From the IMG/VR virus record IMGVR_UViG_3300037042_006682, positions 97,209-161,208 of that record: a DNA stretch of 64,000 nucleotides. One strand, written 5' to 3'. Origin of the DNA: a virus. The position numbers and the translations under genes were made by a program. The notes below the pieces were generated by a model. It was not told the DNA's origin and made no database searches. It saw only the letters and a list, made by a program, of their open reading frames with translations. Shown piece by piece: positions 56,160 through 64,000 of this stretch; the first letter of the stretch is position 1, and the number at the start of each line of letters is the position of its first letter.

Positions 56160-59100
56160 TCACTTCGGCGGGGGCGCCGCCGCCCCGTTGCCCTGCGGGA
56201 TCTGCGCCCACCCGCTGCCCGCCCCCGGCGTCCAGCCCTTGAGCCCCGCCGTGTTGTCCTTGATCTCCGTGAGCACCTTGCGCGTCTCCACGCCATCCAG
56301 CACCACCGCGTTGATCACGCCGTAGAGCCCGCTCATGTCGAGGCTCGATTTGAGGACCTTCTTGTCGTCCTCGGTCAGGATGCCCGCGTACTGCGCCGTG
56401 ATCTTCCCGAAGATCTCCTGGTTGATCGGGCTGTTCTTGAACTCCTCCAAGGCCTTGGCCTGGAAGGCGTCGATCGCGAACACGGCTGACTGCTCCAGCA
56501 CCGTCGCGAAGCCCGTCTCGAAGGAGGCCTGCGCCCCCGTGATGCCGTCCATGAGGCACTCCAGGACGTTCGCGCCAGCGTCCCATAGCACGTAGCCCGA
56601 CAGCGGCCCCTCCTTCGGGGGGCTGTTGCCGAAGATCTGGTTGCCAATGCTCTTCGTGAAGGTGTCCCCCACGACCTTTGTCATCTGCGGCTCGGCCTCG
56701 ACCACCCCCTTGCCGACCTCGCCCAGGATCGTGATGCCCGCCGCCGCGGCCTTCGCGATCAGCTCCTGCGAGGGCCCCGCCACGCTCTGCCCATAGGCCT
56801 CGGCGAGCCGCACCTGCAAGTTGTTCGCCTGAATCATCATCTGGTCGATGTCGGCCTGGCCCTTGACGGCCCATGCCTTCTGCAGCGTGTCGAGCTGCTC
56901 GTACCGGAACTGGTCCTTGCGCTGCTGAACCTGCCACGGAGCGAAGGCCTTGTCTCCAAACGCGCCCGCCTGCTCCTGCGCCGCGGCCTTCTGCTCGATC
57001 TCCGCCGCCTGCATCTGGAAGGCTGGCACCGCCTGGACCTTGGCGAAGGTCGCCGCCATGCGGCCCATGTCGATCTTCTGCCCCGAGACCTCACTGACGT
57101 AATTGCTCCCCTTCAAACGCCCCGTCTCGCCCGCATAGTCCTTCTGAGTGCGCAACGCGTCCTTGAGCGCCCGGTCCATCTTGGTCACGTCGCCCGTGGT
57201 GCCCGTCCGCCCAAAGTCCTCGTTGATGTTCTGCCGGTCGATGCGCGTAGTCTCCTGAAGGCCCTTGACCTTCTTGTACTGCGCATCGATCTTCGCCGTG
57301 GCCTTGGCGATCTGCTCATCAAGCCCCTTGTTTAGGTAGTCAAACCACGCGTTGATCGCCACCACGCCGATCCCCGTGATAACCCCCGCGAGCCCGAGCA
57401 GACCGGGGCTTGCCTGGGCCGCGGCCCCGATCCCGTTGAACGCCAGGCCCAGGGCGCCCCCCACCACCTTCGTGATGATCATCCCCACGCCGGGGATCTG
57501 CGCGGCGAGGCCCCCGATCACCCCCACCATCGCGACCTTCCCGAGGAAGCCCGCGTTGTCCCACATCTTGCCGAAGAACTCCTTGAGCTTGGCGATCCCC
57601 TGGTCGATGGGGCCGCCCTCGCTCGTGAGGTAGGCCCACGCGTCCTCCCCCGCCTGCGCGATGGCCGGCCACACCGACTCCTTGAACCACTTCGTGAAGT
57701 CCGCCCACCCCGCCTTCACGTGCGGCACGATCTTGTCCCAGATCGCCCACGCCTGATCCTTGATCTTGATCCACAGGGGCTCGAACTGCTTCCAGATCTC
57801 GTCCCGCGTGGCCTGTGGCAGCATGAACCACCCCGCGATGCCCCCGACGATCCCCGCGAAGGGCCCCATGCCCAGGGTCTCCATGAGCGGCGCGATCGAC
57901 TCGCGGACCTTCCCCACGCCGTCCATCGCCAACTCCAGGCCGATCCCGAACTTCTGGGCGTCCTTGGTGTTCATCCCCATCTGCTTGCCGAAATGGAGCA
58001 TCACGCCCTTGGCGCCCATCTGGTCGAATACGGAGTACGCCTTGATGAGCGGCCCCCACGTGGCATCGCTGGCCATGGCCTTGGCCTGCTTGCCCATCTC
58101 CTTGTAGCTCGCGATCTCCTCCTTCACGAACCCCTTGACCTCGGGGCGCGTGATCGCGCGGATGCGCGTCTGGAACATCTCCTTGGCCATGTCGAGGCCC
58201 TCCTGCAGGGTGCGCCCGCTGGAGTAGGAGTCGTTCGCGAACTTCTTGAGGGCCCCATCCGCCTTGACCGTGGCCGTGCTCATCTTCTCCAGGGCCGTGG
58301 CCCCCTGCGTCGTGCTCATGGCCAGGTAGACCGCATTGCTACCGGCCTCCCCGAAGGTCTCCGTGAGGTCGCCAAGGACCGCAGCGTCGAGCTGCTTCCC
58401 GCTCTGCTGCGCGACCTTCATCCACTTGCCCATCTCGGCCATGCCGGCCGCGGAGTCCTGCGAGCCGAGGGCGATCATGCGCATCGCCTCCTCGGTCCCC
58501 ATCCCGAGGGCGCTGAGCTTCGTGAAGATGTCCGGCATCTCCCCGAGGCCGAGCTGCGCGCGCTCCACGGCCACCTGCCACTCCAGGAACTTGTTGGAGG
58601 TCTCCGAGGCCGCCTTCGAGGCCTCCTCCCCGCTGAGCCCCATCTGGTGATAGGCCCCCGCGAGACGCACCGAGGCCTGCACCGTGCCCTGGATCTCAGC
58701 CGCCGAGCGCATGTGCGTGGCCACCTGCTTAGCAAGGATCGTGTTGAGGCCGCCCATCTGCTCGCCCATCTGGGTGAACATCTGCGCGCCGATCCCGCCC
58801 TGGTTGCCCATGGCGACCATGTACTCCAAGGTCTGCTTGGCCTGCTTGCCCGTAAAGCCCCACGACGCCACGAGGTCCCCGCCCAGGGCCCCGAGCTGCT
58901 CCGTGGCCATGCCCGTGCCCTCGGCGAGCTTCACGAACTCCTGCGTGCTCATCCCCAGGGCATCGAACACGCTCTTCGAGGCCTCGCCCGCGTTGCGCAG
59001 GGCCCCCATCGTCTTGACCACGGTCTCCACGCCCACGTTCATGCCGTAGGCCATGCCGCTGGCCTGCCCCGTGAGCTTCTTCAGCTCCGCCCCCGTGACG

Positions 59101-59486
59101 CCCATCATCGCCAGGGCGGGCCGCGCCTGCTGCGCGTAGCTCGCCCCGATGCTCTCCATGCTGTTGCTGAGGTTGCCGCTGTCCTGCGTGAGGCTGCGGA
59201 CGCCACTCGCGATCGTCGAGAGGTTGAAGCTGTTGACGCGGTTCCTAACGCTATTGGAGAAGGCCCCCGCGAGGCCCTTGGCCATGCCCCCGACCCCCAG
59301 CGCCGCCTTGCCCGCGCCGCCCGCCACGGCCTTGAGGGCCCCCGCGAGCTTGCCCCCCGCCGCGAGGCCGTTCTGCGTGGCCAGCCCCTTGTTGATCTTG
59401 GTGATCGAGTCGAGCGCAGACCCCATGGCCCGGCCCATGCCGTCATCCCGCGCCCCGAAGCTAAAGGCGAACCCGAGCTTGGCCAT
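56160..59486 (-). CDS. Tail tape measure protein
   Basis: 1108 aa, A/G/M/K-rich and helical, Trp-periodic region, hydrophobic stretches, SPPKEGPLS; follows the chaperone. Confidence 0.9.
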   Translation of the reverse strand: MAKLGFAFSFGARDDGMGRAMGSALDSITKINKGLATQNGLAAGGKLAGALKAVAGGAGKAALGVGGMAKGLAGAFSNSVRNRVNSFNLSTIASGVRSLTQDSGNLSNSMESIGASYAQQARPALAMMGVTGAELKKLTGQASGMAYGMNVGVETVVKTMGALRNAGEASKSVFDALGMSTQEFVKLAEGTGMATEQLGALGGDLVASWGFTGKQAKQTLEYMVAMGNQGGIGAQMFTQMGEQMGGLNTILAKQVATHMRSAAEIQGTVQASVRLAGAYHQMGLSGEEASKAASETSNKFLEWQVAVERAQLGLGEMPDIFTKLSALGMGTEEAMRMIALGSQDSAAGMAEMGKWMKVAQQSGKQLDAAVLGDLTETFGEAGSNAVYLAMSTTQGATALEKMSTATVKADGALKKFANDSYSSGRTLQEGLDMAKEMFQTRIRAITRPEVKGFVKEEIASYKEMGKQAKAMASDATWGPLIKAYSVFDQMGAKGVMLHFGKQMGMNTKDAQKFGIGLELAMDGVGKVRESIAPLMETLGMGPFAGIVGGIAGWFMLPQATRDEIWKQFEPLWIKIKDQAWAIWDKIVPHVKAGWADFTKWFKESVWPAIAQAGEDAWAYLTSEGGPIDQGIAKLKEFFGKMWDNAGFLGKVAMVGVIGGLAAQIPGVGMIITKVVGGALGLAFNGIGAAAQASPGLLGLAGVITGIGVVAINAWFDYLNKGLDEQIAKATAKIDAQYKKVKGLQETTRIDRQNINEDFGRTGTTGDVTKMDRALKDALRTQKDYAGETGRLKGSNYVSEVSGQKIDMGRMAATFAKVQAVPAFQMQAAEIEQKAAAQEQAGAFGDKAFAPWQVQQRKDQFRYEQLDTLQKAWAVKGQADIDQMMIQANNLQVRLAEAYGQSVAGPSQELIAKAAAAGITILGEVGKGVVEAEPQMTKVVGDTFTKSIGNQIFGNSPPKEGPLSGYVLWDAGANVLECLMDGITGAQASFETGFATVLEQSAVFAIDAFQAKALEEFKNSPINQEIFGKITAQYAGILTEDDKKVLKSSLDMSGLYGVINAVVLDGVETRKVLTEIKDNTAGLKGWTPGAGSGWAQIPQGNGAAAPPPK

Positions 59487-59508
59487 CGCTATCCTCTTCG
59501 CCCCCGGT

Positions 59509-59527
59509 TGCGCATGCGCATGCGCAG
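59509..59527. promoter_or_regulatory. YR motif TGCGCATGCGCATGCGCAG
   Basis: Intergenic between the frameshift ORF stop and the tape measure start. Confidence 0.85.
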
Positions 59528-59532
59528 CGCGC

Positions 59533-59736
59533 CTACCGCCGTCGTCGCGCCCGCGCCGTGCTCGCCTCGCGCTGCCCCGCGCGCCGCTGCTCCATCTCCA
59601 TCTTCTCCCGCAGCAGCCGCTGGCGCCGGCTGTAGGGCATCGCCATCGCGTCGGTGTAGTTCAACCCCATGTGCTCGATGAGGGAGAACACATCCGACTC
59701 TAGCGCCCCGACGCTGCCGACGGGAAGAAAAAACCC
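59533..59736 (-). CDS. -1 frameshift extension of the tail assembly chaperone (GT-like)
   Basis: Slippery G GGT TTT at 59730-59736 leads into FFLPVGSVGALESDVFSL...AMAMPYSRR. Confidence 0.8.
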   Translation of the reverse strand, partial: GFFLPVGSVGALESDVFSLIEHMGLNYTDAMAMPYSRRQRLLREKMEMEQRRAGQREASTARARRRR

Positions 59737-60563
59737 GGCTGTGACACGTCCAGGCTCGCCGTCCACTCATGCTCGCACGCCGCGCACGCGAACTCCACCT
59801 TGTCATCGATCCCGCCCTCGCGCTCATCGAACGCCACCCGCAGGCGCTCGCGATCCCGCAGGGGCAGCGCCTTGAGCGCCCGGAGGGTCTCCGCCCACCC
59901 GCGCTCGCGGTCCAGGGGCCGCCCATCCACGTGCGTCACGCGGGCCGCCAGCGACAGCGTGGCGAGGTCATCATCGCTGCCCTTGCGCTTGCGCGCCGCC
60001 CACTCCTCGTCCTCCACCCCCATCACGCGCCACACCGCGGTGCGCCCGCTGGGGAGGGGCTCCTCGAAGATCCGCACCGCGCGATCCGGCATCGCCGTGA
60101 TCGCCAGCTCGCTGAGGTCCACCGCGAACGGGGCCTCCTTCCCGCACTTCGGGCAGCCCACCCGCATGTCGTAGAGGTCGCCCAGGGAGGCCCGCCGCAC
60201 CGCGATCAGCAGCACCGAGCGGTCCATCGAGGTCAAGACGTGCGCCACCCCCCGCAGGGCCCCGCGCCCCGTGAGGGTCCCCAGCTGCACCAGGCAGTTG
60301 CCGACCATGCGGTTCAACCGCGCAATCACCGGCCCCTTGCCCGCCAGGATGTCCTCCTCCGTGCCCGACATCTCCTGCACGATATACGTGAAGTGGATCT
60401 GGCCCTCCGCGTCGATGTGCCCGCACGGCAGCTCGCCGCCGATCGTCGCCGCGCGCGGGTCGTGCAGGTTCACGCCCGCCTTCCCCTGCTCGACCACAGG
60501 CGCCGGCGCCGGCCCCGTCTCCTGCTCCGCTGGCTGCTCTTCCACGTGCTGCTCCGTCATCAT
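59700..60563 (-). CDS. Tail assembly chaperone with two CxxC motifs
   Basis: LPCG..EM.G.EED; DRSVLL.AVRR; CPKC; CAAC; ends PGFFFP; directly upstream of the tape measure gene. Confidence 0.8.
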   Translation of the reverse strand: MMTEQHVEEQPAEQETGPAPAPVVEQGKAGVNLHDPRAATIGGELPCGHIDAEGQIHFTYIVQEMSGTEEDILAGKGPVIARLNRMVGNCLVQLGTLTGRGALRGVAHVLTSMDRSVLLIAVRRASLGDLYDMRVGCPKCGKEAPFAVDLSELAITAMPDRAVRIFEEPLPSGRTAVWRVMGVEDEEWAARKRKGSDDDLATLSLAARVTHVDGRPLDRERGWAETLRALKALPLRDRERLRVAFDEREGGIDDKVEFACAACEHEWTASLDVSQPGFFFPSAASGR

Positions 60564-60766
60564 GCTCCGCCTTCCGCTGGTTGCTTCTCCTCAGTCAACA
60601 TGGTCGGGGCCCCCACCGCCCGCATCCGCGCCTCGACCGCGCGCTCCTCCAGGCAGTACGCGTACATGCGCTCCCGCACCACGTCGGAGACCGTGCGCCC
60701 GGACCGCGCCGCGTGCCGCGTCAGCTCCTCGTAGATGTCCTGCTTGATCTCGACGTTTAACCGCAT
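60560..60766 (-). CDS. Ribbon-helix-helix (CopG/Arc-like) DNA-binding protein
   Basis: MRLNVEI..IYEEL..AARSGRTVSDVVRE; AAGGAG RBS. Confidence 0.85.
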   Translation of the reverse strand: MRLNVEIKQDIYEELTRHAARSGRTVSDVVRERMYAYCLEERAVEARMRAVGAPTMLTEEKQPAEGGA

Positions 60767-60778
60767 GGGTGGGGCTCC

Positions 60779-60797
60779 TTGTGTCGATCTTACTCAA
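60779..60797. promoter_or_regulatory. Degenerate inverted repeat TTGTGTC-N5-TACTCAA overlapping the RHH gene RBS
   Basis: Same family as 24901 and 40133; flanked by CC/GG. Confidence 0.5.
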
Positions 60798-60825
60798 GGC
60801 CCCCGCCGCCCGCAAGTTTGTGGGA

Positions 60826-61755
60826 TCAGGCGTCCTCGGGGGCGACCTCCGCCGCCACGAGGATGGCCGCCTCGCGCTCCACCTCAGCGTCCCCCTCGTC
60901 GATGTCGTACGCCACGTCGGGCGGGGCCGTCAGCGGGTCGCGGCCCTCCAGCACCGCCATCAGGAAGAACCGCCCGTAGAAGTACAGGCGCCCCTTGCCC
61001 GTGATGCGCGTGGTGCGGTCGATCACCGCGCTCCCCTCCTCCGTCTCGCGCACGTGCTCCACGATCACCATGATGCGCTGCTCGATGCTGCGCTGCGTGG
61101 GCTCATTGCGCCGGGGCCCCCGCTTGTGGACGAAGCCCTCCTCGCGCAGCCACGCGAAGAACACGTTCTGCCCCACACGCTTCCCCGTGCCCTGCGTGAT
61201 CGCCTTTGCGACCTGCCCCACGTAGTACGTGGTCGGGGAGTCCATCACGCTCGCCGCAAAGCTCACGAAGGGGGCCGAGCGCTCCCGGTAGCGCGCGAGC
61301 TGCTGCACCTGCGCCTCCGCCTCACGCCGCCCCTTGGCCTCCACGAGCCACGCCTCGGCGGAGGCGATCGGGTCGTTAAAGTCGGGCAGTCCCGGCGGCA
61401 CCGCGCCCGGCATTTCATACCGCCCCGTCTTGCGGATGCTGGGCAACACCTCCCCGGAGATCCACATCTGAAAAGGCAAGGCCCTTGGCTTATCGCTTCT
61501 CGCCAAAAAGAAATAGAGACCCTGCTCGGAAAGGCAAAGCATCTCGCGTATTCCCGCACTCGTCCCAAACGGTTTGGGACAACGCCACTGATCTGGAACT
61601 TTGGACATCAAACTGTTGATATCGCTGTTCGGCGAATACTCCAACACCTCAGCCACATCCTTCGCCACAAACCATGGTTCCCCTTCAATTACTTCAATCC
61701 GCACCTGATTGCCCTCGAACTCGAACGCCTTTGCGATCGCCCTCTCGTTGCTCAT
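60826..61755 (-). CDS. Bro-N plus ANT/KilAC antirepressor
   Basis: Start MSNER after AAGGAG; Bro-N motifs; GQNVFFAWLREEG..NEPTQRSIE..TTRITGKGRLYF. Confidence 0.92.
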   Translation of the reverse strand: MSNERAIAKAFEFEGNQVRIEVIEGEPWFVAKDVAEVLEYSPNSDINSLMSKVPDQWRCPKPFGTSAGIREMLCLSEQGLYFFLARSDKPRALPFQMWISGEVLPSIRKTGRYEMPGAVPPGLPDFNDPIASAEAWLVEAKGRREAEAQVQQLARYRERSAPFVSFAASVMDSPTTYYVGQVAKAITQGTGKRVGQNVFFAWLREEGFVHKRGPRRNEPTQRSIEQRIMVIVEHVRETEEGSAVIDRTTRITGKGRLYFYGRFFLMAVLEGRDPLTAPPDVAYDIDEGDAEVEREAAILVAAEVAPEDA

Positions 61756-61834
61756 TACCGTCTCCTTGTGTGTTAGGTGGCCCACCATGGCCACCGCGGC
61801 CACCCTAACACCACTCAGGCGAAATATCGACGAC

Positions 61835-61872
61835 AAAAAAAAATGGCCGCTGGTGATGGTGCACCAACGGCC
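61835..61872 (-). terminator. Intrinsic terminator upstream of the antirepressor
   Basis: GGCCGTTGGTG-caccat-CACCAGCGGCC-A-T9. Confidence 0.85.
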
Positions 61873-61967
61873 GGGCCAGCCTTGCGACTGTGGGGATCGT
61901 ACCCGCCTACATATCACAAAAATCTCGATCGTGCAGAAAAAAAAGACTAGGCCTGCGCCCCCGACTG

Positions 61968-63008
61968 CTACCGCGCGCGCCCCGCCGCCGCCTCACGGTC
62001 GATCGCGGATCCGCGCTTGGATAGCTCCGCCTCCGCGGCCTTCGCGCGTTGCTTAGCGCGCCCCGCCGCCGCCTCACGATCGATCGCCGACCCGCGCTTG
62101 GTCAGCTCCGCCTCCGCGGCCTTCGCGCGCTGCTTGCCCGCTGCCTTGGCCTTCAGGCGCGCCTTTGCCGCCGTGACGTCCCCCGCGGTGGGCGCCGCAG
62201 CTTTCTTCTTGGGACTCCGACTCGCGAGCGCCTTGGCCGCGTGCTTGCTCGGGCCCGTGCCCCCGCCCGCCCGGTGCGTGGCGATCAGCTTGAGGGCCGC
62301 CGCCGCCGCCTTGACCCGCTTCGCGTCCCCCCGCCCCATGCCCTGCTGCATCATGGAGAGGGCCCGCACCAGCTCCTTGTCGCCACCCTTGCGCGCCGCC
62401 TTCAGCGCCTTGCCCACCTTCGCAGTGGTCTCCTGCGCCTGCGCCGTCTGGTAGGCCGCGTGGACCGTGCGCGCGCTCGCCGCCACGCCCCGCCCCAACG
62501 TCTTGAGCCCGCGCCCCGTGGCCCGCAGGGCCTTGCCGAAGCGCGTCTTCATGAGCTGCTTGCCCTTCTTCTTGAGGGCCTTCTTGACCACCTTGAGCTT
62601 GTGCTTGCCCCGCCGCTTGAGGGCCGCCGCCTTGCCGCCCAGCACCGCGATCTTGTGCCGCATCTCGGGCGACATCGCGTCCTTGGCCGCGCCCCAGCCC
62701 TTCTTGGCCAGCTTCGCCGTGCCCTGGGCCGCCGCCTTGCCCACCGCGGCCCCCGCCCGGCCCAGCCCCTTGGCCGCCGCCTGGCCGAGGATGCCCGCCA
62801 TGCGCGCCCCCACGCCCTCGTCAAGTTGCTGGCCCGCCGGCGTCAGGGCCTCCACGCGCACGAGCCCCTTGCGCATGCGCATGCGCGCCCCGCGCCCCGG
62901 CAGCGCCCCCGCCGCCACGAGCCCCGGCCGGATCGTCCCCGGCCGTTTGCGGGGCATCCGGCTCCCCAACGGCACGGGGACCCCCGCCACGTTTGCGCTC
63001 GTGATCAC
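61968..63008 (-). CDS. Very basic K/A-rich (histone H1-like composition) protein, putative internal head protein
   Basis: GTGA overlap; QLDEG precedes the K/A-rich body; 27-aa C-terminal duplication. Confidence 0.75.
   Translation of the reverse strand: MITSANVAGVPVPLGSRMPRKRPGTIRPGLVAAGALPGRGARMRMRKGLVRVEALTPAGQQLDEGVGARMAGILGQAAAKGLGRAGAAVGKAAAQGTAKLAKKGWGAAKDAMSPEMRHKIAVLGGKAAALKRRGKHKLKVVKKALKKKGKQLMKTRFGKALRATGRGLKTLGRGVAASARTVHAAYQTAQAQETTAKVGKALKAARKGGDKELVRALSMMQQGMGRGDAKRVKAAAAALKLIATHRAGGGTGPSKHAAKALASRSPKKKAAAPTAGDVTAAKARLKAKAAGKQRAKAAEAELTKRGSAIDREAAAGRAKQRAKAAEAELSKRGSAIDREAAAGRAR
61976..62135. repeat. 81-bp tandem duplication (KQRAKAAEAELxKRGSAIDREAAAGRA x2)
   Basis: Period of 81 nt with mostly synonymous differences. 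Confidence 0.9.
62870..62887. promoter_or_regulatory. YR motif TGCGCATGCGCATGCGCG (intragenic)
   Basis: Full 18-bp match, read as RMRMR in the ORF. Confidence 0.6.
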
Positions 63009-63355
63009 GGGACGCCCTCAGCCCCGATCGGCTGTAGGACCACAATGGCCCCGCGCCGGTCGCGCTCCACGACGGCCCGCCAGCCGGCCTCGCGCTCGAA
63101 GCGCCGCGCCACCTGCCGCGCTACCGCCGCCGCGTCGTGCCCCTCCAGGACCGCCCGCAGGCCGCCCCCCTCCTCGACGAAGCGGCAGGCGCGGCCCTTG
63201 GTCGCGCGCTCCGCCTCCATGCGTAGGAGGCGCCCCACGCGCCGCTCCTCGGGGCCCAGCCCCGTCGACAGCACCGGGGCCACGGTCTCGTGGGCCCGCA
63301 CGGCCCGTGGGGTCGCCACGATCTCGCGCAGCTTCGATGATAGCCGTCCGCGCAT
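63005..63355 (-). CDS. Hypothetical protein with leader-like N-terminus (MRGRLSSKLREIV)
   Basis: GAGGTG RBS. Confidence 0.65.
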   Translation of the reverse strand: MRGRLSSKLREIVATPRAVRAHETVAPVLSTGLGPEERRVGRLLRMEAERATKGRACRFVEEGGGLRAVLEGHDAAAVARQVARRFEREAGWRAVVERDRRGAIVVLQPIGAEGVP

Positions 63356-63381
63356 GGTCACCTCGTGCGCCCGCAGGCGCG

Positions 63382-64000
63382 CTACTTCTTCGCCTTCGCC
63401 CGCCGCGCCAAGACGCCCTTCATCCCCTTCTTGGCCGACTTGCGGAACTTCCCGCTCTTCTTCGTCCAGCCGGGCCGCGCCGGGGACCCGCCCCAGGGCC
63501 CGCTCCCGTCCTGCGGGTAGAACACGTGCTTGCCCCCCACGGTGCGCCACACGCCCTTCTTGCCCGGCGGCTTCACGTTCCACACCTTGCCGCCCTTGCC
63601 GCTCGGCGTCGTGCTCCACCCCGGCGTCTTGTACTCCGCGAGGATGCCCGCCAGGGCCTCGCTCAGGCACCGCCCCCCGTAGGTGCGGGCCTCGTGCTTC
63701 TTCTTGCCCCGCCCAATGCCGGGGAGCCCGAGCTGGCCCTTCTGCGGCATCACGCCGCGGGCCGCGCGGAACTTCCCGCCCTTGCCCGCCCAGCCCGGCC
63801 GGAACGGCGCGCCGCCCCAGGGGCCCTCGGGGACGTCCCCGCCCGGCTTGTCCGGGAAGAAGAGGCGCTTGCCGTTGACCGTCACCCACCGCCCGTCGAC
63901 CGCGCCCTTGGGCCCCGGCATCGTGGCCTCGCCCCCGGCGCTCTTGCCGCTAGGGGCATCGCGGTCCTGCGCCATCTTCTTGCGCCGCAGCTGGCCCATC
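63382..64000 (-). CDS. Basic G/K/P-rich protein, 3' part, with two WxTVxGKxxF repeats
   Basis: RWVTVNGKRLFF..GPWGG.P.RPGW and VWRTVGGKHVFY..GPWGG.P.RPGW, separated by CLSEALAGILAE. Confidence 0.7.
   Translation of the reverse strand, partial: MGQLRRKKMAQDRDAPSGKSAGGEATMPGPKGAVDGRWVTVNGKRLFFPDKPGGDVPEGPWGGAPFRPGWAGKGGKFRAARGVMPQKGQLGLPGIGRGKKKHEARTYGGRCLSEALAGILAEYKTPGWSTTPSGKGGKVWNVKPPGKKGVWRTVGGKHVFYPQDGSGPWGGSPARPGWTKKSGKFRKSAKKGMKGVLARRAKAKK

Noticed and set aside
50653-60563. Bacterial eCIS/tailocin rather than phage
   Set aside because: The context has antirepressors, MTases, tmk, a frameshifted chaperone and a long tape measure, with no recognisable host genes or eCIS ATPase
5707-62887. 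YR palindromes as CRISPR repeats, terminators or mobile-element ends
   Set aside because: They are kilobases apart with no spacer array, no cas or transposase gene, and no loop or U tract
1-64000. Stop-codon reassignment, tRNA or rRNA genes
   Set aside because: TAG, TGA and TAA all end well-packed genes; no cloverleaf or rRNA-like sequence was recognised by eye

Overview
A 64-kb segment of a large, GC-rich tailed phage with a contractile tail. Almost every real gene is on the minus strand; the long plus-strand ORFs are GC-rich shadows. In transcription order (right to left): basic, probably head-packaged proteins; a Bro-N/ANT antirepressor and a ribbon-helix-helix protein; a tail chaperone with a -1 frameshift; tape measure, hub, spike, gp25 and baseplate J; about 29 kb of fibre/receptor-binding genes (seven tandem ~300-350 aa paralogs, three genes sharing an N-terminal domain, a seven-LamG protein); displaced baseplate genes; an ~11.6-kb array of unrelated proteins sharing an amphipathic N-terminal leader ending in (L/I)xE; a terminator and sigma70-type promoter; a non-coding origin/pac-like region; then Bro-N, two DNA methyltransferases (one frameshifted in a C8 run at DPPY), ASCH and thymidylate kinase. 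No capsid, portal, terminase, sheath, integrase, tRNA or CRISPR was recognised. The best candidates for undescribed biology are: (1) the leader-tagged cargo array, a putative capsid-targeting/protease-processed payload including a zincin protease; (2) eleven dispersed alternating purine-pyrimidine palindromes, mostly at gene junctions; (3) the modular seven-paralog cassettes; (4) a putative antisense RNA switch upstream of the antirepressor. All protein family calls come from motif recognition by eye, not from database searches.
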